Shown here one piece after another: positions 29,588 to 38,906 of a DNA stretch of 64,000 nt; positions within the stretch are counted from its first letter, which is position 1; each line of letters starts with the position of its first letter. A program made the translations under genes and the position numbers. Below the pieces are notes generated by a model. That model searched no databases. It worked only from the letters and a program-made list of their open reading frames with translations, and had not been told where the DNA came from. Source of the stretch: Acidimicrobiales bacterium (GTDB lineage: Bacteria > Actinomycetota > Acidimicrobiia > Acidimicrobiales > RAAP-2); the NCBI GenBank assembly GCA_035510855.1, contig DATKGG010000069.1:9788-73787 (forward strand), written 5' to 3'.

Positions 29588-31874
29588 GCCGCCGCCGGCG
29601 AGCTCGTCGTCCCCCGTCGGATGCCGAGCGCCACGCCGCGAGCAGCCGCGGCGCAAGGGCCTCGGGGGTGTACGCCGCCGCGGTGCCCACGGCTGCCTCA
29701 CCGAGGCGCACTCGCAGTGCCTCGTCATGGGCGAGGCGTCGCAGCGCCTTGCTGAGGGCCGCGGACTCGCCCATGGCGTAGGTGATGCCATCGAGGCCGT
29801 CGGTCACGACCTCGGCGGGCCCGCCCTGGTCCGGGACGATGACGGCACAGCCCGCGCCCATCGCCTCGACGACCACCTGGCCGAAAGGCTCGGGGATGGT
29901 GGAGCAGTGGACCAGCACGTCGGTCTCTTCGAGCACGGCCGCCACGTCGTCCACGAAGCCGAGGAACTCGACGCACGCGCCGACGCCCAGCGCCGCCGCA
30001 CGTGCCCGGAGCGAGGCCGCGAACTCCTCCTCGCCGAACAGCGGCGCGCCGACGATCCGAAGGGTCGCGCCCGATGTGCCGAAGGCGTCGGCGAACGCGT
30101 CGATCGCAAGGTCCTGTCCCTTCCAGGGCGCGAGGCGGCCGAGCACCGTCACGCGAAGCGGTCCGTGGCGGCCACGCTCGAGGGGGACCCGGTGCGGGTC
30201 GATCGACGGGTCGAGCGGGCTCGGCAGCACGAGCCCCTCGACGCCGAGCGCACGCAGGGTCGACTCGCTGTTGGCGACCACGACGCTCGGGAGGATCCGC
30301 GCTGCGACGCGGACGAGGCGAACCGCGGGCTCGGGCAGGTACGGGGTCGCGATGCGGTCCCGCACGTGCCACACGCACGGGATCCCCGCGAGCCGGGCCG
30401 CGGCACCCCCGTAGAGCGCGGACTTGAGCGTGTTGGTGTGGACCACGTCGGGTCGGAGCACCCGGAGCCGCCGGGCGAGCCTGATGACGTAGCGCGCGGT
30501 CGCCACGACCGCGCGGGGATCGAGCCGACCGGGCCGGACCGTCGACCTGTTGACGTGGCGGGCGCGGTCGTCGAGCTCGAGCACCTCCACGGTCGAGCCG
30601 GCGTCCTCGAGCCGTCTGCGCAGCGGTCCGTCAGCACCGAGGATCGTGTGCACCGTCGCGGCGGAGCCGAGGCCGCCGACGGCGCGCGCGATGGCGAGCT
30701 CGCCGCCTGACAGGACCGCGGTGTGATCGAGGACGACGGCGCGGAGGGGCTCGCTGCCGTCGAGCACACGCGCGTAGAGCAGCTCGTGGCGCTCGGCCAC
30801 GCTGGCCCAGGAGTGCTGCGCGGCGACGGCGCGGCGTCGCGCAGCACGCTCCGTCGTCTCGGGTGCAGCGAGCGCGCCCGAGATGGCGGCGGCAAGCGCG
30901 CGGGCATCGCCGGCGGGCACTGGCGTCTGCTCGCCCGCGAGGGCGATGGCCTCGCGGAGCCCGCCGGCGTCGGTCCCGACGACAGGGGTCCCGCAGGCCA
31001 GGGACTCGAGCACGACGAGGCCGAAGCCCTCGAGGGCCACACTCGGGACCACGGTCACGTCGGCGGCTCGATACCACTCGACAAGGGACGCGTCCGCGAC
31101 GGTCCCGCAGAACCGGACCGACGACGCGATGCCCAGGCTCGAGGCGAGCGCCCGCAGCCGGGCCCCGTCGGTGCCGTCACCGACGATCACAAGGAGGTCG
31201 TCGTCGCGTGGCTGCAGTTCGCGCCACGCCTCGAGCAGCACCTCGAGGCCCATTCGCGGCACGAGCCGGCGCACCGAGAGCGCGACGCGTCGAGCCGTGA
31301 CGCCGAGCGACAATCGCGCCGCGCCTCGATCGCCTGGGGAGAATCGCTCGAGGTCGACGCCCGGTGCGATGACCTCGATGGACCAGCGCGCGACGCCGTA
31401 GGTCGAGGCCAGGATCTCTGCGAACGCGTCCGAGAGCACGATGAAGCGGTCCGCACGACGGTAGGCGAGCCGCTCGACGACTCGCTTGACCGCGACGTTC
31501 CAGCGACTCGATCCGGCGTGCGCGCTCTCGTTGGCCCAGGGCCCCTGGAAGTGCACCACGAGGGGGACGGAGCGAAGGGCGCCGATCGTCGTCGTGAGCA
31601 CCGAGGTGCCCGCGAAGTGTGCGTCGGCGAGGTCGGGGCGGCGAGTCGCCCGTACGGCGCGATCGACTGCGGCTGCGGCGGTCAGCATCGAGCCGCTCAC
31701 GCCCCGGGCGATCGTGATGCCGTCTGTATGGGCGGATTGCTCGGCGTCACCGAGGACGACGGCAATCGCGTCAGTGCCCGCCGCTCGTTGTGCGGCGAGC
31801 AGGTCCTCGAGGTAACGGTTGAGCCCGCCGGGCCGCATCGAGGTGGTCTCGAGCCCGACGTGGGTGACCTTCAC
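29580..31874 (-). CDS. two-module glycosyltransferase (tandem GT4-GT4)
   Basis: ORF 29580..32123 trimmed to GTG 31872-31874 (GTGA overlap with the upstream stop). Module 1 has E-x7-E ALEGFGLVVLESLACGTP. Module 2 starts at about 30743 (LRAVVLDHTAV) and has its own E-x7-E IPEPFGQVVVEAMGAGCA. Confidence 0.75.
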   Translation of the reverse strand: MKVTHVGLETTSMRPGGLNRYLEDLLAAQRAAGTDAIAVVLGDAEQSAHTDGITIARGVSGSMLTAAAAVDRAVRATRRPDLADAHFAGTSVLTTTIGALRSVPLVVHFQGPWANESAHAGSSRWNVAVKRVVERLAYRRADRFIVLSDAFAEILASTYGVARWSIEVIAPGVDLERFSPGDRGAARLSLGVTARRVALSVRRLVPRMGLEVLLEAWRELQPRDDDLLVIVGDGTDGARLRALASSLGIASSVRFCGTVADASLVEWYRAADVTVVPSVALEGFGLVVLESLACGTPVVGTDAGGLREAIALAGEQTPVPAGDARALAAAISGALAAPETTERAARRRAVAAQHSWASVAERHELLYARVLDGSEPLRAVVLDHTAVLSGGELAIARAVGGLGSAATVHTILGADGPLRRRLEDAGSTVEVLELDDRARHVNRSTVRPGRLDPRAVVATARYVIRLARRLRVLRPDVVHTNTLKSALYGGAAARLAGIPCVWHVRDRIATPYLPEPAVRLVRVAARILPSVVVANSESTLRALGVEGLVLPSPLDPSIDPHRVPLERGRHGPLRVTVLGRLAPWKGQDLAIDAFADAFGTSGATLRIVGAPLFGEEEFAASLRARAAALGVGACVEFLGFVDDVAAVLEETDVLVHCSTIPEPFGQVVVEAMGAGCAVIVPDQGGPAEVVTDGLDGITYAMGESAALSKALRRLAHDEALRVRLGEAAVGTAAAYTPEALAPRLLAAWRSASDGGRRARRRRRG

Positions 31875-33001
31875 GGTCCCTGCTTGATCAGCTCGTCGTA
31901 GACGGCAAGCGTGCTCGCGGCCATCGCGTCCCAGGAATAGCGCGACGCGTGCGACGAGGCGATGGCACCCATCGCACGACACGTGGCGCGATCGGCATCG
32001 AGTCGCTCGAGCGCCCCCGAGATGGCACGCTCGTCGGCGTCGACCACGACGCCGCCCGGCCCACCCCCGACGTCCGCGCACAGCTCGGGTCCGACGCCCG
32101 TGTTGGTGCAGACGACCGCGCACCCCGCGGCGGCGCCTTCGGCGACGGCAAGACCGAACGACTCATGGGCCGAGCACGAGAGCACCACGTCCGCAGCCCA
32201 GAGCTCAGCCCACACGTCGCTTCGATGACCGAGCAGCTCGACGCGGTCAGCAGCGCCCAGGGACCTTGCCAGCTCACGCATCGCAGCGAGGTCACCGTCG
32301 CCGACGACTCGGAGCCGGCAGCGCGCGGTCCGCGAGACGGCCCGGATCGCGAGCGCGATCCCCTTTCGCTCGAAGTCCCCTGCGACGACGACCACCTCGA
32401 GCGCCAGCGCCGGAGAGGTGCTCCTGGCTGCAGGGTCGCGGGGCGCCTCCACGTCGATGCCATTCTCGATCAGCACGAGCTCGACATCGGGATAGCGCGC
32501 AGCGAGGTCGGCTGCGTCCGCCCTCGAGATCGCGACGAGTCGTCGGGCCCTCCCAGGGCGGAGAGCCCAGCGCTCCATGGCCGCCGCAACCCGGCGCCGA
32601 AGTGCGCCGATCGCGCCGCCCATGCCGGTGCGCCCGGGCGGGCGGGCCCCGCCCTGGGCCTCGATGACCGCGGCATGGCTGAGGTGCATCGTCACGACAT
32701 CAGGCCTCGCGTGCACCACGGCACCGCAGGTGTGCACGAGGTCGCACCTACGCCGTACGGCGAGCAGACGCAGCGTGCCGAGGAGATCGAAGAGCACGAG
32801 CCTCGCCACGCTCGGGCGGCGTGGGATCGGGACGTGCGTCCGTCGCACGCCAGGCGGCAGGGTCTCGAGGCCGTCGCCAGCGACGACCTCGAGGTCGACG
32901 TGCGCAGCGAGCCGCTCGAGCAGCCGTGCGTTCACGAGCTCCATGCCACCTCGGCGCGGATCAACTGAGTGCGCGACATACGCGACGCGAAGTCGCCTCA
33001 C
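31871..33001 (-). CDS. glycosyltransferase family 4
   Basis: 376 aa. GTG start. VAGDFERKGIALAI and E-x7-E (SAHESFGLAVAEGAAAGCA). Confidence 0.75.
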   Translation of the reverse strand: MRRLRVAYVAHSVDPRRGGMELVNARLLERLAAHVDLEVVAGDGLETLPPGVRRTHVPIPRRPSVARLVLFDLLGTLRLLAVRRRCDLVHTCGAVVHARPDVVTMHLSHAAVIEAQGGARPPGRTGMGGAIGALRRRVAAAMERWALRPGRARRLVAISRADAADLAARYPDVELVLIENGIDVEAPRDPAARSTSPALALEVVVVAGDFERKGIALAIRAVSRTARCRLRVVGDGDLAAMRELARSLGAADRVELLGHRSDVWAELWAADVVLSCSAHESFGLAVAEGAAAGCAVVCTNTGVGPELCADVGGGPGGVVVDADERAISGALERLDADRATCRAMGAIASSHASRYSWDAMAASTLAVYDELIKQGP

Positions 33002-33011
33002 GACTCCATGG

Positions 33012-34514
33012 CTAGCGCAGCTCGCCGGGACGGCGCCACTCGAACGCCGGCGGCGGTGGCGGTCTCGCGGCGATCTCCGCGCGCGCCCGGACGAGCGACA
33101 TGTCGAGGTAGCCGAGGAACAGCCAGATCAGCCAGCACACCGAGTAGAGGTCGCCGTTGGTCCACGAGAACAGCGTCGCCATGAGCATGCCGAGGGCGAA
33201 CAGCGAGATCACGTCGCGCCGGATGACCGCCCCGAGATAGGCGGTCTTGATGGCCTGCCAGAGGACGACGACGAAGGCGATGAGCCCGAAGACCCCGAAC
33301 GCGATGCCCATGTTGCCCGGGTCGAACTCGGTGCCGCCGGTCTTCGAGTGCGCGTAGCGGCTCGCAGCCAGGGTGACCGAGCCCGTGCCGTGGCCGAGGG
33401 GGCTCTTGAAGGCCTGGAGCATGCCCTTTTCCGTCTGACGGATGTGGCCCGGCAGGGACGACCCCGAGCCGAACGGACTCTCGATGCCGATCGACGCGTG
33501 CGTGCTCAGCTGGCTCGCGGCGCTCGTCCCGCCACCACTACCTCCGAAGTGGCCACCGAGCACGATCAGCAGAGCCACCGCCCCGATGCCGCCGGCGAGC
33601 ACGCCGATGGGACGCATCCGGAGGCGCGACGCCGCCATTACCCCGATCGCGAGCACGACGAGGAAGATCGCGGTGCGCTCGGACTCGAACCACAGTGCGA
33701 CGGCCACCGTGACGGTCCCGGCAAGGTGCGCGGGCGGGAAGAGCCGGGTCTCCGTGCGTGCGAGCGCCAGCCACGCGACGAGGCTGATCGACAAGAACGC
33801 TGCGTACTCCTCGGCGGACGAGAACGTTCCGAACGCACGGATGACACCAGAGCCGATCGTGAGCGCCTGATAGCCGTTCGACGTGATCCACTGCTGGTCC
33901 CACGACGGCAGTCCGCGAAACTCCTGGATCAGGCCGTAGATCGCTGAGCCGAGACCGAGCACTGCGATCGTTCGGACGATCTGGAGCGCGAGCACCTCGT
34001 CGAGCAGTGTTCGGCCGATCCAGAACGCGAGCATCGGCACCAAGATGAACAGCAGCCCCCCGAGTCCCGCGAGCAGGTTGCCCTGCTTCGGGTTGAACGC
34101 CTCGAAGAGGGCGATGACACTGAGGGCACCAACGGCGGTCGCGAATCGAGACCGGTGCTCGAACGCGCCACGGCTCGCGGCGACGAAGAAGAGCAGAAGG
34201 ATCACGATCGGTCCGATGATGAGCACCGGGTCCCCCGAGAACGTGATGTTGCTGCCACCCGGGGTGAGGCGACGAAGCATTCCGAGCAGCACCATCCAGA
34301 CCGGCAGGATCCCGACCATCGTCTTCGGTGACTGCCACACGATGGCGATGAACACCGGCAGTGCGATGAGCACGAGGCCCAAATGCGTGCCGGACGCGAG
34401 GGCGATGCCGATGCACGCGACCGACGCGCTGACGACGATGACCCACGCGGATCGGCCCTGCGGCGCGGGGGCCTCCACGCGCGCAATTACGTCAATGCCG
34501 GGTCGCAAAGACAT
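33012..34514 (-). CDS. O-antigen polymerase/ligase-like (Wzy/WaaL-type) polytopic membrane protein
   Basis: ORF 33012..34544 trimmed to ATG 34512-34514. At least 10 hydrophobic helices with one larger loop. It sits between the GT genes and the chain-length regulator. Polymerase versus ligase cannot be decided by eye. Confidence 0.6.
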   Translation of the reverse strand: MSLRPGIDVIARVEAPAPQGRSAWVIVVSASVACIGIALASGTHLGLVLIALPVFIAIVWQSPKTMVGILPVWMVLLGMLRRLTPGGSNITFSGDPVLIIGPIVILLLFFVAASRGAFEHRSRFATAVGALSVIALFEAFNPKQGNLLAGLGGLLFILVPMLAFWIGRTLLDEVLALQIVRTIAVLGLGSAIYGLIQEFRGLPSWDQQWITSNGYQALTIGSGVIRAFGTFSSAEEYAAFLSISLVAWLALARTETRLFPPAHLAGTVTVAVALWFESERTAIFLVVLAIGVMAASRLRMRPIGVLAGGIGAVALLIVLGGHFGGSGGGTSAASQLSTHASIGIESPFGSGSSLPGHIRQTEKGMLQAFKSPLGHGTGSVTLAASRYAHSKTGGTEFDPGNMGIAFGVFGLIAFVVVLWQAIKTAYLGAVIRRDVISLFALGMLMATLFSWTNGDLYSVCWLIWLFLGYLDMSLVRARAEIAARPPPPPAFEWRRPGELR

Positions 34515-34592
34515 CCGTGTGATTCTCGCACAACGACTCGACAAACCAAATTTCTAGGTGACATTCGGGGGTCTCCGGCTAGCATCCGTGCG

Positions 34593-36329
34593 ATGGAAGC
34601 GACGTCCAACACGCGCGCGAAGCAGAACATTGGCCAGTACGTCAATGTTCTTTGGCGTCGAAAAGTCACGGTTTTGATGTGCCTCCTCGTGGCGCTTGGC
34701 GGCATGCTCATCGTCGACACCCTTCGCTCACCTGTCTATCTGTCGACCGCGAAGATTCAGTTTCCAGGGCAAAAGGCGACCGCGACGGCGAGCCAGATCG
34801 CGACCCAGGAGATCGATCTGCTGACGCCGCAGATTCGCAGGGCTGCCAAGCACCTCCTCGGCCGGCCCTTGTGCTCGCTGTCCGCAACCCAGGAAACCGG
34901 CACGGAGATCATCATCATCAGCGGTAGGTCGTCGAACCCCAAGTTCTCCGCGCAGTGCGTGAACGACCTCATCGCTGGGTACGACCGCGTCTCAACTGAG
35001 ACGGAAATCACGAAGATCTATAACGATGAGTATCTCCTCACGGGTGAGATCAGGACGGTGACCGCGACGGTGAACTTGACGGCCGGCCAGCTAACGCACA
35101 TGAAGTCGAAGAATCCGCAGTACCCGATCCTCGTCCGCCGACTCAACGACGCAGTCACACTGCAGACGAAACTCAACAATGACGACGTGGGGCTCCTCGC
35201 CAAGCTGTACTCGCAGAAGGGCCAGGGCGTCAACACCCTGATCTACGCAGGTCCGAACTCCTCTCCCATCTCGCCAAAGCCAATTACCGACGGCCTCCTC
35301 GCCGGGCTCGCGGGCCTCGCCATCGGCATCGCGCTCGCACTCCTGCGCGAGTCGCTGGACGACAAGATCCGATCCCGCGCTGAGCTCGAGGAGATCGCCG
35401 CTGGCAAGCCAGCGATCGGGCTGATCCCGCTCATCTCGGAGTGGGAGGACCGCAAGACGCCGCTCCTGATCGCCGCCGAGCAACCGAAGTCGCCCCCGGC
35501 CGAGGCATTCCGGTCGCTTCGGACCTCGCTGCAGTTCATGGCCCTCGAGACACCCCTCAAGTCGCTGCTCATCACCTCGCCGGCGGCTGCGGACGGCAAG
35601 ACCACCGTGTCGGCTGACCTCGCCTACACGATCGCGGCCGCGGGCCAAGAAGTCATCCTCGTCGGCTGCGACCTCCGCAAGCCGAGGATCCATGAGTTCT
35701 TCGGCGTCACCAACGAAGTCGGGCTCACCTCGGTGCTCCTGAGTGAAGTCGAGCTCGACGACGCGATCCAGGACGTGCCGGGCAGCCCCTATCTCAAGAT
35801 CCTTGCGTCTGGCCCCATTCCCCCCAACCCCTCTGAGCTCCTGTCGGGCCGTCGCACCGAGCAGATCATCGATGCGCTCAAGCGGCGCTGTGACCTCGTG
35901 ATCCTCGACAGCACGCCGCTGTTGCCGGTGTCCGACGCAGCGGTGCTCGCCGCCAAGGCCGACGGCGTGCTGCTCGTCGCCGCGGCGGGCATCTCGACCA
36001 AGCGCGACACTGCAAGGGGTATCGAGATCCTTCGCCAGGTCGATGCCGCACTGATCGGCGTCGTGCTCAACAGGGCACCCGCCGCGGACTCCTACGCGTA
36101 CTACCGCTACGGGTACGGCTACGGCTACGGCTATGGCTATGGCTACGGGTACGGCTACGGCTCGGGGGCAGACCAGCGCCAGGTCCAGGTGGGCCCGTCG
36201 ATCGCGACGCCCGTCGCCTCTGACGGCCAGGCCGCCCAGCCCGCGGGTGTCGCGAGCTCGACCCGGGCCGACCCTGACAGTGCCAATGGACCGTCGGACC
36301 CCTCGTCACCTGAGACACTGACGGACTGA
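34593..36329 (+). CDS. polysaccharide co-polymerase (Wzz domain) fused to a BY-type protein tyrosine kinase
   Basis: ORF 34383..36329 trimmed to ATG 34593. N-terminal TM helix plus chain-length-determinant region and a second TM helix (LLAGLAGLAIGIALALL). Kinase motifs are Walker A SPAAADGKTT, A' ILVGCDLRKP and B LVILDSTP. C-terminal Tyr cluster YAYYRYGYGYGYGYGYGYGYGYG. Confidence 0.85.
   Translation: MEATSNTRAKQNIGQYVNVLWRRKVTVLMCLLVALGGMLIVDTLRSPVYLSTAKIQFPGQKATATASQIATQEIDLLTPQIRRAAKHLLGRPLCSLSATQETGTEIIIISGRSSNPKFSAQCVNDLIAGYDRVSTETEITKIYNDEYLLTGEIRTVTATVNLTAGQLTHMKSKNPQYPILVRRLNDAVTLQTKLNNDDVGLLAKLYSQKGQGVNTLIYAGPNSSPISPKPITDGLLAGLAGLAIGIALALLRESLDDKIRSRAELEEIAAGKPAIGLIPLISEWEDRKTPLLIAAEQPKSPPAEAFRSLRTSLQFMALETPLKSLLITSPAAADGKTTVSADLAYTIAAAGQEVILVGCDLRKPRIHEFFGVTNEVGLTSVLLSEVELDDAIQDVPGSPYLKILASGPIPPNPSELLSGRRTEQIIDALKRRCDLVILDSTPLLPVSDAAVLAAKADGVLLVAAAGISTKRDTARGIEILRQVDAALIGVVLNRAPAADSYAYYRYGYGYGYGYGYGYGYGYGSGADQRQVQVGPSIATPVASDGQAAQPAGVASSTRADPDSANGPSDPSSPETLTD
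36108..36161 (+). repeat. nine tandem TAY-GGN hexanucleotide units encoding (Tyr-Gly)9
   Basis: Read directly: tacggg tacggc tacggc tacggc tatggc tatggc tacggg tacggc tacggc, in frame within the BY-kinase gene. Confidence 0.9.
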
Positions 36330-36361
36330 GCCGGGCCGCGCGGCCTGGCGTCGACCAGTCG

Positions 36362-38356
36362 ATGGAACCATACGTCCACCGCCGCCAGCGGCCCCTCCAC
36401 CCGTACCGGCACGGCTGGTGGCACTACACCCAGCACCGCGACGGCCACCACCACGGCCACCGCCGTCGATCCAGGCGTCACTCCATCAAGCAGCAGCGGA
36501 CACCTCGCGAGTCCCTCCGCCGATCCGGTCGCTACCTTCGCGGCCGCTGGCCGCTCGAGATCGCGCGTCAGATCGCGGTTGGCGCGCTGCTCGCACTCGC
36601 CGTCGTCTTCGTCGTCTGCTCGATCTGGGGGCTGCTCACGATCCTCCAGGCCAAGAACGACCTCCGCGGCGCGCAGTCAGAGGCGACCTCGCTCGCCGTG
36701 GACCGCACGCAGCTGTTCACGGCCACGGGGCGTGCGAACGCGACCCAACAGATCGTCAAGATGCAGGAGGGGACGGACAACGCCGCCAACCTCGTGAACA
36801 ACTCGATCCCGCTGCAGGTGCTGTCGTGGATCCCCTTTGTCGGCCAGCAGGTGAACGGGGTCACGAGCCTCGTCAACGACTTCGACACGACCTCCCAGCA
36901 GGCAGGAACCCTCCTCACCTCGGTCAACCAGCTGATCGGTGCGAGCCACGCCACGTCGATCTCGCTGCCCGAGCTCAAGTTCCTCGACGTGCGTGTCCAC
37001 CAGGCGGTCGCCGTGCTGCGGCCCCTCAACCGTGGCTCGGGCCTGCTGATCGGCCCGCTCGCGAGCGCCCGGGACACCTTTGACTCAGAGATCACCAAGA
37101 TCACCGCCCTGCTCTCGACGGGCGGCGACCTCCTCAACTACGTGGGGCCGTTCCTCGGCGCGGACGGCCCGCGCACCTATCTTCTCGCTGGCGAGAACAA
37201 CGCCGAGATGCGCGACCAGGGCGCGGTGCTCTCATGGGCCCTGCTCACCGCGAACAACGGGACGTTCTCGATGAGCCATGCGGCGTCGGTGGGCACCCTC
37301 ACGATCCAACATCCCGCCCCCTTGCGCCTCCCCAAAGGCACGCAGGAGGCATTCGGCGACCTGCAGCCCGAGCAGATCTGGCAGTCCGTGAACGCGACCG
37401 CGGACTTCCCGCTCTCCGGTGAGGTGATGGCCGCGATGTACCACCAGCGAACCCACAAGTCCGTCGACGGCGTCATCGCCGTCGACGCCATCGCCCTCCA
37501 GCACGTCCTCGACGTCACGGGCCCGGTGCACGTCAAGGTCAAGGGCAAACGGCTCAAGGTGACACCGTCGAACGTCCTCTACGTGCTGCTGCACGGCCTG
37601 TACCTGCTCTACCCGAAGAACTACGAGGAGGGGACCCGCCACGACGAGGTGTCCGCGGTTGCGAGCGCGGCCGTCGCCCGCATGAAGCACCACGCCTACG
37701 ACATCGCGTTCCTGGTCGACCAGCTCGCCAAGGCCGCACAGGGGCGCCACCTGCTCGTCTGGAGCCGCTTCCCGGTCCTCGAGAACGCGGTCACGCGCTT
37801 CGGCGGCAGCGGCTCGCTCGTCGCCCAGTCGACCAGCGTCGTGCACCTCGCGATCGAGTCAGCGGTCGCCGCCAAGCTGGACTGGTACGTGCACACCCGC
37901 GCCAACTACACCGTCTCGATCGACTCGGACGGGGCGGCGACGATCTCGGTCAAGGTCGTCGTCGACAACAAAGCGCCCGTGGGCTGCCGCCCCCACTATG
38001 TCTGCGGCCCGGACCACACGAACTCGTTCGTCCGTGGCCAGTACGTGGCCCGGCTGGACCTCTGGCTCCCTGCCACCACGGTCGTACCCGGCGGCGTCAG
38101 CGAGTCAGGGCTCACCTTGTGGCGCGCCGAGGTCAACGTGATGCCCACCCACAAAGAGACGCTGCTGGTCACCGGCTTCATCCCGCACGCCGTGAAGAAC
38201 GGGGGCTTCTCGTTGCAGTTCATCCCCCAGTCGGGCCTGTACCCCCAGCTCTCCAAGATCGCGCTCAGCGCACCGGGCTGGTCCGTGTCGGGTCCGTCCC
38301 AGAAGCACTGGTACCTGAAGGCACCCATCACCTACGGATGGCAGCTCAGCCGCTGA
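36362..38356 (+). CDS. DUF4012-domain membrane protein
   Basis: 664 aa. His/Arg-rich N-tail and one TM helix (IAVGALLALAVVFVVCSIWGLL). GPRTYLLAGENNAEMRDQGAVLSWALLTANNGTF resembles the DUF4012 core (...YLvlfqNNAE.R.tGG...). This family is commonly found beside actinobacterial EPS genes. Recognition is from memory. Confidence 0.6.
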   Translation: MEPYVHRRQRPLHPYRHGWWHYTQHRDGHHHGHRRRSRRHSIKQQRTPRESLRRSGRYLRGRWPLEIARQIAVGALLALAVVFVVCSIWGLLTILQAKNDLRGAQSEATSLAVDRTQLFTATGRANATQQIVKMQEGTDNAANLVNNSIPLQVLSWIPFVGQQVNGVTSLVNDFDTTSQQAGTLLTSVNQLIGASHATSISLPELKFLDVRVHQAVAVLRPLNRGSGLLIGPLASARDTFDSEITKITALLSTGGDLLNYVGPFLGADGPRTYLLAGENNAEMRDQGAVLSWALLTANNGTFSMSHAASVGTLTIQHPAPLRLPKGTQEAFGDLQPEQIWQSVNATADFPLSGEVMAAMYHQRTHKSVDGVIAVDAIALQHVLDVTGPVHVKVKGKRLKVTPSNVLYVLLHGLYLLYPKNYEEGTRHDEVSAVASAAVARMKHHAYDIAFLVDQLAKAAQGRHLLVWSRFPVLENAVTRFGGSGSLVAQSTSVVHLAIESAVAAKLDWYVHTRANYTVSIDSDGAATISVKVVVDNKAPVGCRPHYVCGPDHTNSFVRGQYVARLDLWLPATTVVPGGVSESGLTLWRAEVNVMPTHKETLLVTGFIPHAVKNGGFSLQFIPQSGLYPQLSKIALSAPGWSVSGPSQKHWYLKAPITYGWQLSR

Positions 38357-38906
38357 GCGACGACAGCAGCCGTGCGAGACGCCGCGTCGAGCGCTCGATC
38401 TGCCCGAACATCACCTCGTTGCCCTCGATGGCGTCGGCCTGGGGATCGTGGATGTCGTCGATCGGGTCCGTGCCCAGAATCTCACTGCGGTCCCTCGAGG
38501 CATGCACGCGTGCGATCCACGTGCCGAGCGTGTCGCCGTGGCGAGGCGGCTCTCCGGACACGCCCCGGCGGACGATCTCGAGCAGCGTGAAGGACTTGTG
38601 CCACAGCGCCGGGGTCTCGACCACGAGCTCGCGCAGGAGGTCACGCGTCATGGTGAGGACGAGGTCGGCGTCCTCGGCGAGGTCGGGGGTGAAGGCCACC
38701 TGACCGTGACCGCGGAGGTCGACGCCCTGGAGCAGCGCGAGATCCACGAAGCCGTCGGGCACGACCTGGTCCTTCTCGACGCTCATGCCCGCCGAGGTGA
38801 TCGTGGCGTTCACGTCCGTCGATTCGAGCGCGCGCGCGAGCATGACCTCGGCCGTCGGGGATCGGCACAGGTTCGCGCGGCACAGGAACAAGATGGAATA
38901 GCTCAC
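38346..38906 (-). CDS. low-molecular-weight protein tyrosine phosphatase
   Basis: 186 aa. GTG start overlapping the ABC-exporter stop (GTGA). P-loop ILFLCRANLCRSPTAE (C-x5-R-S) and a downstream DP motif (IDDIHDPQ). Confidence 0.85.
   Translation of the reverse strand: MSYSILFLCRANLCRSPTAEVMLARALESTDVNATITSAGMSVEKDQVVPDGFVDLALLQGVDLRGHGQVAFTPDLAEDADLVLTMTRDLLRELVVETPALWHKSFTLLEIVRRGVSGEPPRHGDTLGTWIARVHASRDRSEILGTDPIDDIHDPQADAIEGNEVMFGQIERSTRRLARLLSSLSG

Noticed and set aside
36334-36345. Perfect 12-bp palindrome GGCCGCGCGGCC just after the BY-kinase stop, considered as a terminator.
   Set aside because: It has no loop and no T-tract, and the next gene (DUF4012) starts 17 nt later in the same direction. 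The palindrome is expected by chance in GC-rich DNA.
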